Source: a virus
Lineage: Duplodnaviria; Caudoviricetes
DNA length: 64,000 bases
Reading direction: 5' to 3' (one strand)
IMG/VR virus record: IMGVR_UViG_3300045747_000505
The stretch's first letter is position 1. Each line of letters starts with the position of its first letter. This document shows, piece by piece, positions 14,959 to 22,990 of this stretch. The translations under genes were made by a program, and so were the position numbers. The notes below the pieces were generated by a model. The model was not told the DNA's origin, ran no database searches, and saw nothing but the letters and a program-made list of their open reading frames with translations.

Positions 14959-15543
14959 ATGACCATTCGCATGATTCTGTCGCTCGACCGAGCGAACGCC
15001 ATCGGGTACAGCGACGGGCGCCTAGCCTATCGCCTGCCCGCCGATCTGAAGCGCTTCAAGACGCTGACGACCAACGGCACCGTGGTCATGGGCATCAACA
15101 CGTTCATCTCGCTGAACCGCATCGACGGTCTGCCCAATCGTCGCAACATCGTGCTGTCGCACCGTCCGTACAGCGAGATTCGCACGCAGGTCGGCCTCGG
15201 CATCGAGATCATCTCGAGCCTCGACTGGATCGTCAAGCACGACGAAGCCGCACACCGCACGGTCGCCAACACTGATCGCGAGCCGGCCTGCCCATGGATC
15301 ATCGGCGGCGCCACCGTCTTCGATGACGCGCTGGCCAAGGGCATCGTCGACGAGATCTATCTGACGCTCGTCCACTCGACGTGCGACGCTGACGTTCGCC
15401 TCACGACAGACCTCGCCGCTTGGAAGCTCTTCATTCTGAGCGAAGCCAAGCTCGGTCGCCTCTGGGATGCGATCGTCGATGAGCCGATCTGGGACGGTGA
15501 GCATCAAACCACCTACATCACTCTGCGCAAGGCAAAATCATGA
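14959..15543 (+). CDS. frd: Dihydrofolate reductase
   Basis: AIG...LPADLKRFKTLT..GTVVMG..T, LPNRRNIVLS, WIIGGATVF, EIYLTLV. Confidence 0.92.
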   Translation: MTIRMILSLDRANAIGYSDGRLAYRLPADLKRFKTLTTNGTVVMGINTFISLNRIDGLPNRRNIVLSHRPYSEIRTQVGLGIEIISSLDWIVKHDEAAHRTVANTDREPACPWIIGGATVFDDALAKGIVDEIYLTLVHSTCDADVRLTTDLAAWKLFILSEAKLGRLWDAIVDEPIWDGEHQTTYITLRKAKS

Positions 15544-15965
15544 TCGACTGGTCCAAGCTCAAGTTCCGTCCGAAGTCTCACAAGGCGCCGAAGATTCAAG
15601 GCTTCGACACCCTCATCGCCTACGGGTCGCTGCTGACCGGCACCCTTCAGATCGGCGCCGGTATCACCGTCGTTGACGCCAACATGAAGGGTGAGCAGAT
15701 CAACGCCGGCCAAGAGCCGATGCCTGAGACGATGCTCGTGCTCGGCACGAAGTCCGTCATCAAAGTCGATCGCATCGACGTGCCGACCCTCGTCGCCAAC
15801 GGCAATCTGAACGTCAACATCATCGATGTCGAAACCCTCTCGCTCGGCCCCAACGCCGACGTCACCGCCCGTGTCATTCGCTATCAGAACCTCGTGATGG
15901 CGGCAGGCTCCGTCCTCAGCGGCGACCTGCGCAACAATCGCCACGCCGCCGCTTCGGCAGCCTGA
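15540..15965 (+). CDS. Bactofilin-like (polymer-forming cytoskeletal) beta-helix protein
   Basis: TLIAYGSLLTGTLQI..GITVVD..MKGEQI...VIKVD.IDV..LVANGNLNVNIIDVETLSLGPNADV..RVI.Y..LVM..GSVLSGDL follows the bactofilin repeat register. Confidence 0.65.
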   Translation: MIDWSKLKFRPKSHKAPKIQGFDTLIAYGSLLTGTLQIGAGITVVDANMKGEQINAGQEPMPETMLVLGTKSVIKVDRIDVPTLVANGNLNVNIIDVETLSLGPNADVTARVIRYQNLVMAAGSVLSGDLRNNRHAAASAA

Positions 15966-16052
15966 ACCTAAATCGCCTCGTTAGAGGTCGAGTGACGGCA
16001 TAGAATACAATCACCGTCCCAAGTTCCCTTCATCCACCAGGAGTTCCCACGC

Positions 16053-18011
16053 ATGTCAGCTCTCTCCTCGCTCGCAGCATCCTTCGCCGCCAAGTTCGCG
16101 CAACCCGAGGTGATGAGCCTCGAAGCCTACCTGGCCCTCTGCAAGACCGACACCCTCGCCTACGCCACGATGGCCGAGCGCATGGTCGCCGCCATCGGTC
16201 AACCCGAGGTCGTCGACACCAGCTCGGACCAGCGCCTGTCCCGCATCCACTCGAACAAGAAGGTTCGCATCTACAGCGCCTTCAAGGACTTTCAGGGCAT
16301 TGAAGACGCCGTCGAGCGCATCGCAGCCTACTTCCGCAACAGCGCGGCCGGCCTCGAAGAGTCCAAGCAGATCCTGTACCTGAAGGGTCCGGTCGGCGGT
16401 GGCAAGAGCTCGCTCGTCGAGCGCCTCAAGTTCCTGGCTCAGCAGCATCCGATCTACGTCCTGTTCGACGAGTCCGAGAAGAATCTCGAGCTGCAGCTCT
16501 CGCCGGTGTTCGAATCGCCCCTCGGCCTGTTCAACGCCTTCGAGCACGGCGACTGGCTCGACGCCGAGTTCGGCATTGCGCCGCGCTACCTCAGCACGGT
16601 GATGTCCGGTTGGGCGCAGCAGAAGCTGCAAGAGTTCGGCGGCGACCTGTCCAAGTTCAAGGTCATGAAGCTCTACCCGAACAAGGACCGCCAGATCGGC
16701 GTGATGAAGGTCGAGCCGGGCGACGAGAACAATCAAGACGTCTCAGTGCTCATCGGCAAGACCGACCTGCGCAAGCTCGAGAAGCTCGCTCAGAACCACC
16801 CGTACGCCTACAGCTACAGCGGCGGCCTGAACCGCACCAATCAAGGCCTGATGGACTTCGCCGAAATGTTCAAGGCGAACATCAAGACGCTGAACCCGCT
16901 GCTCATGGCCACTCAAGAGCACAACTACCAGGGCACCGAAGCCATTCCGGCCATGCCCTACACCGGCGTCATCGTTGCACACAGCAACGAAAGCGAATGG
17001 TTCGCCTTCCGCAACAACAAGACCAACGAGGCCTTCCTCGACCGGGTCTACATCGTCGACGTGCCGTACTGCCTGCGCACCGAAGAAGAAGTCAAGATCT
17101 ACGAGAAGATGCTGCGTGGCTCGAGCCTGGCCAAGGCCCCGATCGCTCCCGGCACCCTCAAGATGCTGGCTCAGTGGTCCATTCTGACCCGCCTCAAGGA
17201 GCCGCAGAACTCGACCGTCTACGCCAAGCTGCGCGTGTACAACGGCGACAACGTGAAGGACACCATGCCCAACGCGAAGTCGCTCGAAGAGTACCGTAGC
17301 AAGGCCGGCATCGACGAGGGCATGGCTGGCATGTCGACGCGCTTCGCCTTCAAGGTGCTGTCCGCCGTCTACGACCTGCGTCCCGAAGAGCAGCAAGCCA
17401 ACCCGATCGACCTGATGTACGTCATCGAAGAATCCGTCCGCAAGGAAGGTCTGCCCGAAGAGCAGTTCAACAAGTACATGTCCTTCATCAAGGACTGGCT
17501 GCAGCCGAAGTACTTCGACTTCGTCGAGAAGGAGCTGCGCACGGCCTACCTCGAGTCCTACCGCTCGTTCGGTCAGAACATGTTCGAGCGCTACGTCCTG
17601 TTCGCTGACGCCTGGATCGAGGACAGCCAGTGCCGTGATCCCGAGACGCACGTCATTCTGAACCGTGACGCGCTGAATCAGAAGCTCGAAGAAATCGAGA
17701 AGGCCGCTTCGATCACCAACGCCAAGGACTTCCGCAACGAGATCGTCAACTACGTCCTCAAGTACAAGGCCAAGCACGAAGGCAATGCGCCGGCCTGGGA
17801 TGCCTACGAGAAGATGAAGACCGTCATCGAGAAGCGCATGTTCTCGGCGACCGAGCAGATCATGCCCGTCATCGCCTTCGGTCCGAAGCAGGACAAGGAC
17901 ACGCAGGACAAGCACGAAGGCTTCGTCTCACGCATGGTCGAGCGTGGCTACACCACCGAGCAGGTCAAGATCCTGGTCAGCTGGTTCACCGCCAACCGCA
18001 AGGCCTCCTAG
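16053..18011 (+). CDS. prkA: PrkA/YeaG AAA+ ATPase (annotated as a serine protein kinase)
   Basis: Walker A GPVGGGKSS, SPVFESPLGLF, KVEPGDENNQDVSVLIGK, GGLNRTNQGLMDFAEMFKA, EGMAGMSTRFAFK; 652 aa. Confidence 0.95.
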   Translation: MSALSSLAASFAAKFAQPEVMSLEAYLALCKTDTLAYATMAERMVAAIGQPEVVDTSSDQRLSRIHSNKKVRIYSAFKDFQGIEDAVERIAAYFRNSAAGLEESKQILYLKGPVGGGKSSLVERLKFLAQQHPIYVLFDESEKNLELQLSPVFESPLGLFNAFEHGDWLDAEFGIAPRYLSTVMSGWAQQKLQEFGGDLSKFKVMKLYPNKDRQIGVMKVEPGDENNQDVSVLIGKTDLRKLEKLAQNHPYAYSYSGGLNRTNQGLMDFAEMFKANIKTLNPLLMATQEHNYQGTEAIPAMPYTGVIVAHSNESEWFAFRNNKTNEAFLDRVYIVDVPYCLRTEEEVKIYEKMLRGSSLAKAPIAPGTLKMLAQWSILTRLKEPQNSTVYAKLRVYNGDNVKDTMPNAKSLEEYRSKAGIDEGMAGMSTRFAFKVLSAVYDLRPEEQQANPIDLMYVIEESVRKEGLPEEQFNKYMSFIKDWLQPKYFDFVEKELRTAYLESYRSFGQNMFERYVLFADAWIEDSQCRDPETHVILNRDALNQKLEEIEKAASITNAKDFRNEIVNYVLKYKAKHEGNAPAWDAYEKMKTVIEKRMFSATEQIMPVIAFGPKQDKDTQDKHEGFVSRMVERGYTTEQVKILVSWFTANRKAS

Positions 18012-18032
18012 GAATACTTTTGCTGAAATCGC

Positions 18033-18039
18033 TAAATAG
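18033..18039 (+). promoter_or_regulatory. TAAATAG late motif
   Basis: Upstream of RBS AGGAGA and the endonuclease start at 18061. Confidence 0.65.
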
Positions 18040-18060
18040 ATCATCCAACAGGAGAAGTCT

Positions 18061-18867
18061 ATGAAGCGAGCTGATCAGCGAAAGTACCACTACATCTACA
18101 AGATTACCCGTATAGACGGGAGTGGCAAATACTACTTCGGGATGCATAGCACCGATGATCTTGATGACGGATACTTCGGGAGCGGCACGCGACTCTGGAA
18201 GTCGATCAGAAAACACGGTAAGGATAAGCACTCCAAGGAGATCTTGGAGTTCCTTCCTTCTCGTGATGCTCTGAAAGCTCGCGAGAAGGAGCTCGTGACC
18301 GAACAGATGCTTGATGACGAGCTATGCATGAACATTGTCCCAGGCGGCCACGGGAACTCTCCAAGAGCGCACTGGAAAACTGAGCCAATGTGGGAGGTCA
18401 TCTCGGCTAAGCTAAAAGATCATTGGGCGGATCCAACCGTTAGAGAAGCGGCTTCTCGGCGCGCTATCGCACAGTGGTCCAACCCTGAAGCCCGTGAGGT
18501 GCAAAGCCAACTCAAACATCAACAGTATGAAAGTCAAGAGCTTCTGGATAAGATCAGTGCTGCGTCAACAGTAGCGTGGGCCTGTCCAGAGCTTCGTGAG
18601 GCCCAACGACAGATGTTGATGATGAAGTGGCAAGACCCCGAGTATCGGGCTAAGAATCTCAAGTCTCAAGCTGAACTCAAGAAAACACCAGCCTTCATCG
18701 AGGCTCAACGAGCGGCGAAGCTCGGTAACAAGAACCCCCACTATGGCACTATGTGGGTTCACAATGACAATCTTCAACGGTCAATGCGGGTTCGCAAGTC
18801 TGAACCCATTCAAGATGGCTGGCAGCCAGGAAGAAGGATGTATAATCAATCATGTTCAAACACATAG
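18061..18867 (+). mobile_element. Free-standing Seg-like (GIY-YIG variant) homing endonuclease
   Basis: YHYIYKITR...KYYFGMHST...GYFGSG; helical W.DP/NPE.R repeats; C-terminal GNKNPHYGTMWVHN. Inserted within the prkA-yeaH-spoVR cassette. Confidence 0.85.
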
Positions 18868-19163
18868 TCAACTTCAACACGTGGTTCGATGGCCTGCCTG
18901 GAGACAAGCGCTTTGGATTGTTCATGGCGGCGATGATCACCGCCATCTTCCCAATGCAGCTTGGCTTCAAGTTTGGCTATCCGATCATCGGCCTGCTTGG
19001 GCTCACGTGGTTCTCAGTCATCACTTTCGTCGGCGCGATTCGAGCCCTCGGTATTCAGCGGCACAAGCTGCTTCATGCCATTGTCTCTATCACCATGATG
19101 TTGATGTTGCTGGCCATTGTGCTGAAGTTTGCCATTGACACGGTCTATGGAAATTCGGTGTAA
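18852..19163 (+). CDS. Small membrane protein (about 3 TM helices)
   Basis: Three hydrophobic segments; overlaps the 3' end of the endonuclease. Confidence 0.6.
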   Translation: MFKHIVNFNTWFDGLPGDKRFGLFMAAMITAIFPMQLGFKFGYPIIGLLGLTWFSVITFVGAIRALGIQRHKLLHAIVSITMMLMLLAIVLKFAIDTVYGNSV

Positions 19164-19167
19164 ATAG
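19161..19167 (+). promoter_or_regulatory. TAAATAG late motif upstream of yeaH
   Basis: Exact motif, followed by RBS AAGGAG at 19188-19193. Confidence 0.6.
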
Positions 19168-19199
19168 TCAAGCTGAGACAGATTCGCAAGGAGAACCCT

Positions 19200-20552
19200 A
19201 TGTCAGATTCGCCAGCATTGGCCACGTTCATCTTCGTTGACCGCCGGACCACGGGACGAGGTAAGTCCCTTCCAAATCGTGAGAAGCTGCTCCATCGCAT
19301 CAAGGAGAGCATTCGACAATCCCGACCACAAGACATCGACTCGTCTGGCGTCAAGGGTGGCGCCACCGCTCAGAAGCAGCTCGCTGGTCCCGTGAAGGTC
19401 GCGCGTCAAGCGCTGGCCGAGCCGAACTTCTGCTATGACCGCAACAGCGGCGAGCGTGAGATCGTTCTGCCCGGCAATGACCGTTGGCTGAAGGGCGACG
19501 AGTTTCCGATGGGTGGCGATAGCGACGACGCCGGTGGCAACGGTGACGGCTCCGGTCCCGGCGAGGATGGTGAGGACGACTTCATCGTCAACATCAGCCG
19601 CGACGAGTTCCTCAACGTCTACTTCGAAGACTGCGAGCTGCCGGACCTCGAGCAGACCGCGCAGAAGGAGCTGCCAGAGGCAGTTCGCAAGCCAGCCGGC
19701 TTTCAGAAGGAGGGCAACCCAGGCCAGTTCAGCGTCATTCGCTCGTATCGCAACTCGATCGGCCGGCGCCGTGCGCTGACCACCGACGATCGCGAGGAGA
19801 TCGAGGTGCTCGAGGAGGAGTACAAGGGTCTGATGCTCGACCTCGTCGATGGCATCGATGCTCACGAGCGCATGGCCTGGATCGAGGCTCGCATCGAAGA
19901 GCTGCGCACCAAGATGGCCGCCATGCCGCTGTTCGAGCGCGTGGATCACCGCTATCGCAAGACTGAGCGCGTCATGGTCAAGCAGGCGCAAGCCGTGCTG
20001 ATGATGGCCATGGACATCTCAGGCTCGATGGACGAGGAGCGCAAGCGGCTCGCTCGCAAGTTCTTCTCGCTGCAGTATGCCTTCATCGTTCGCAAGTACC
20101 CGAACACCGACCTCATCTTCGTCTATCACACAGACAAGGCTGAGGAGGTGAACGAAGAAGAATTCTTCACGAGCCGCAAGAATGGTGGTACAGTAGCATC
20201 AACGGCTTTCGTGCTTGCCAATCAGATCTTCACCGAGCGCTACGACCCAACTCAAACGAACCTCTACCTGTCCTACGCAACCGACGGCGACAACTGGTCG
20301 AGCGACAACTCAATCGTCATCGACACGCTCGAAGGCAAGGGATTGCTCGCCAAGCTGCGCCACGCCGTGTACATTCAGGTTGGCGCCGAGATGGGTGGTC
20401 AGTGGGGTGGTGGCGGTCAAGCAGCGTTCTGGAACGTGATGACCTCGATCAGCAAGACATCGCCGAAGCTGCACGCCGTCAAGGTTCACACCGACGACGA
20501 AGTGTTTAAAGAGTTCAAAACCGTTTACGCCAAAAAGCCAACGAAGGCCTGA
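19200..20552 (+). CDS. yeaH: YeaH/YhbH (DUF444) vWA-domain protein
   Basis: FVDRR..G.GKS..NR, PGNDRW.KGD, GEDGEDDF, MDISGSM (MIDAS), GGTVAST, DGDNW. Confidence 0.93.
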   Translation: MSDSPALATFIFVDRRTTGRGKSLPNREKLLHRIKESIRQSRPQDIDSSGVKGGATAQKQLAGPVKVARQALAEPNFCYDRNSGEREIVLPGNDRWLKGDEFPMGGDSDDAGGNGDGSGPGEDGEDDFIVNISRDEFLNVYFEDCELPDLEQTAQKELPEAVRKPAGFQKEGNPGQFSVIRSYRNSIGRRRALTTDDREEIEVLEEEYKGLMLDLVDGIDAHERMAWIEARIEELRTKMAAMPLFERVDHRYRKTERVMVKQAQAVLMMAMDISGSMDEERKRLARKFFSLQYAFIVRKYPNTDLIFVYHTDKAEEVNEEEFFTSRKNGGTVASTAFVLANQIFTERYDPTQTNLYLSYATDGDNWSSDNSIVIDTLEGKGLLAKLRHAVYIQVGAEMGGQWGGGGQAAFWNVMTSISKTSPKLHAVKVHTDDEVFKEFKTVYAKKPTKA

Positions 20553-20553
20553 C

Positions 20554-22038
20554 ATGACCGAACCACTGTTGATTACCTCTCGCTGTGACTGGACACCCGA
20601 GCTGATCGCTCGCGTGTACAGGGAGATCGAGACCATCGCCTACGAGGAGCTCGACCTCAAGGGCAAGGTCTATCCCAATCAGCTCGAGATCATCACGACC
20701 GAGCAGATGATGGACGCCTACGCCTCCATCGGCCTCCCAGTCCACTACAACCACTGGTCCTTCGGCAAGGACTTCCTCAAGACCGCCAAGGGCTACGAGT
20801 CCGGCCGCACTGGCCTCGCCTACGAGATCGTCATCAACTCCAAGCCTTGCATCAGCTATCTGATGGAGGACAACAACATGATGATGCAGGCGCTCGTGAT
20901 CGCTCACGCCGCCTTCGGTCACAACGCCGTCTTCAAGAACAACGAGACGTTCAAGCAGTGGACCAACGCTGGCAACATCGTCGACTACATGATCTTCGCT
21001 CGTGACTACATCCGTCAGTGCGAGGAGCGCTACGGTCCTGAGGAGGTCGAGCAGCTGCTCGACGCAGCGCACGCACTGGCACCGCACGGCATCGACAAGT
21101 ACAAGCGCAAGCATCGGCCGAAGCTGTCCGACGAAGCTCGTCTGAAGAAGCTGATCGAGCGCGACGAGCAGCGCCAGCGCGAGCTCGACATCATCATGCA
21201 GAAGACGTCGTTCCGCGACCCAGAGCTCGACGACGAGATCGAGCACGACGAGCAGGAAGAGAACTTGCTCTACTACCTGATGAAGAACTCGCCGATTCTG
21301 GAGCAGTGGCAGCGCGAAGTGCTGCGCATCGTGCACAAGATCAATCAGTACTTCTATCCGCAGACGCAGACGCAGGTGCTGAACGAGGGCTACGCATCCT
21401 TCGTGCACTACTACATCATGACGCGCCTCGAAGAGAAGGGCATTCTGTCGGCCGACGCGTTCATCGCCTTCCTTCAAAGCCACAGCGGCGTGATCTATCA
21501 GCCGCCGTACAACTCGCGCCGCTACAGCGGTGGCCTGAACCCGTACTACCTCGGCTTCAACATTCTGATGGACGTCAAGCGCATGATCGAAGCGCCGACG
21601 GACGAGGACCGTGAGTGGTTCCCGCACCTCATGGGCCGCCGCTGGCAAGAGGTCGTGCAAGAGGCCTGCTTCGAGCATCGCGACGACAGCTTCATCATGC
21701 AGTACCTGTCGCCGAACGTCATTCGCAAGCTCGGCCTGTTCAGCGTGAAGATCGATCGCAACGACGACGGTGATCCGCAAGCGTTCGTCTCCGAGATTCA
21801 CGATGACGTCGGCTACAAGCAGCTGCGCATCAATCTGGCTCGCAGTCGTGAGCGCATCAACGGTGTGCCGGTGATCAAGGTCATTGGCGCCGACATGGAG
21901 GGTGATCGCACTCTCAGTCTTGCCTACGTCCCGTACAAGGGTCGTGAGCTGGATCGTGACAGCGCTACGCAGGTCGCCGACTACATCGACTATCTGTGGG
22001 GCTACCCAGTTGAACTCGACGACGGAACGGAGGAGTGA
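20554..22038 (+). CDS. spoVR: SpoVR/YcgB family protein
   Basis: YPNQLEIIT.EQMMDAYASIGLPV.Y.HWSFGK, GLAYEIVINS.PCI.YLME.N, HAAFGHN..FKNN, QTQVLNEGYASF, NPYYLGF. Confidence 0.95.
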   Translation: MTEPLLITSRCDWTPELIARVYREIETIAYEELDLKGKVYPNQLEIITTEQMMDAYASIGLPVHYNHWSFGKDFLKTAKGYESGRTGLAYEIVINSKPCISYLMEDNNMMMQALVIAHAAFGHNAVFKNNETFKQWTNAGNIVDYMIFARDYIRQCEERYGPEEVEQLLDAAHALAPHGIDKYKRKHRPKLSDEARLKKLIERDEQRQRELDIIMQKTSFRDPELDDEIEHDEQEENLLYYLMKNSPILEQWQREVLRIVHKINQYFYPQTQTQVLNEGYASFVHYYIMTRLEEKGILSADAFIAFLQSHSGVIYQPPYNSRRYSGGLNPYYLGFNILMDVKRMIEAPTDEDREWFPHLMGRRWQEVVQEACFEHRDDSFIMQYLSPNVIRKLGLFSVKIDRNDDGDPQAFVSEIHDDVGYKQLRINLARSRERINGVPVIKVIGADMEGDRTLSLAYVPYKGRELDRDSATQVADYIDYLWGYPVELDDGTEE

Positions 22039-22307
22039 TGAACCTAGGTGACTTGCTAAATCTGCCACCGAACACGGTGGAGTGGGAAGCCGAGCGCGCT
22101 CGGCTTATCAACGATGCCATCAACGAAGCTGGTCCAGAGCTTCGTCCAAAGCTCACGGCGCTTCAAGCCAGCCTCGACGTGCTGCGCGAGACGATGCCGC
22201 CCGACCAGTTTCTGCGCTATCTGATGCTCGAGATTCAAGAGAACCTCGAGAACATGTCAGATCAGTTCGTGATGCTCAAGAACACGGTGCTGCAGACCGG
22301 AGCTTAA
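22035..22307 (+). CDS. DUF3135-like small helical protein
   Basis: Pattern E.ER..LI...I..A.PE.R.KL..LQ..LD resembles DUF3135; coupled to spoVR. Confidence 0.45.
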   Translation: MMNLGDLLNLPPNTVEWEAERARLINDAINEAGPELRPKLTALQASLDVLRETMPPDQFLRYLMLEIQENLENMSDQFVMLKNTVLQTGA

Positions 22308-22990
22308 ATCCAGACGATGTCGAAGATGCTCCAGTTCAGCGAGTCGCCGGAGACTGGAGCGTCAATCGTTGCGCCAATCTGCACTATCACCTGAGATGGC
22401 ACAACGTTCGTCAGGGTTGCTGTCGCGATGGCTCCGGTAACCGTGGTGTAGGTGTTTGACCGAAGCACCATAGTTGTCCAGCTCGTGCCCGCGTTGATTG
22501 AGTACGAGATGAAAAAGGCGTTGATGAAGTTGCTGCCTGCACCAGACCCCGCCGAGGCGGTGTATCGAACGCTGAGCGTTCCAGATTGTGCCGTCGACCC
22601 AGCAAACGGGAATTGAACGTTGTTTGCCTGAGTGCCTTGAGTCGGGTCGCCAGCTATTGCCAGCGTAGCGGCGGTAGTGGAGTCCACCGATGCAGCCGTA
22701 GTATCGTATGCATTCGCCAAATTCGCAAACGTAGACAGCGTTGACGACTGTGTGATGCTCGATGACACCGGTCTAAGTGCCGCCGGCGTCTTCGTCATGC
22801 TACGAAACATCCCCATTCGAATAGGTGAGGCGGTGGTGGTTGGAATGGCGACGGTGTCGGTGGTTGAGGTCGCCTGATTAGCTGGGACAAAGGATCCGCC
22901 CTTCACATACTCTGACACAGCGATTGGATTGGTCCCGCCAAACTCTGTCTGAATGGCGGCCAGCGTCACGCCAGTGGCGGCGATTGTCAT
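22304..22990 (-). CDS. Virion-associated protein (fibre-linked)
   Basis: N-terminus L..IQTEFGGTNPI..SEY..GG is typical of small genes next to tail fibres in large myophages; coupled to the upstream fibre gene. Confidence 0.7.
   Translation of the reverse strand: MTIAATGVTLAAIQTEFGGTNPIAVSEYVKGGSFVPANQATSTTDTVAIPTTTASPIRMGMFRSMTKTPAALRPVSSSITQSSTLSTFANLANAYDTTAASVDSTTAATLAIAGDPTQGTQANNVQFPFAGSTAQSGTLSVRYTASAGSGAGSNFINAFFISYSINAGTSWTTMVLRSNTYTTVTGAIATATLTNVVPSQVIVQIGATIDAPVSGDSLNWSIFDIVWI

Noticed and set aside
16053-18011. Calling PrkA a eukaryotic-type Ser/Thr kinase
   Set aside because: The sequence shows P-loop AAA+ motifs and no Hanks-kinase subdomains. The kinase name is a historical annotation.
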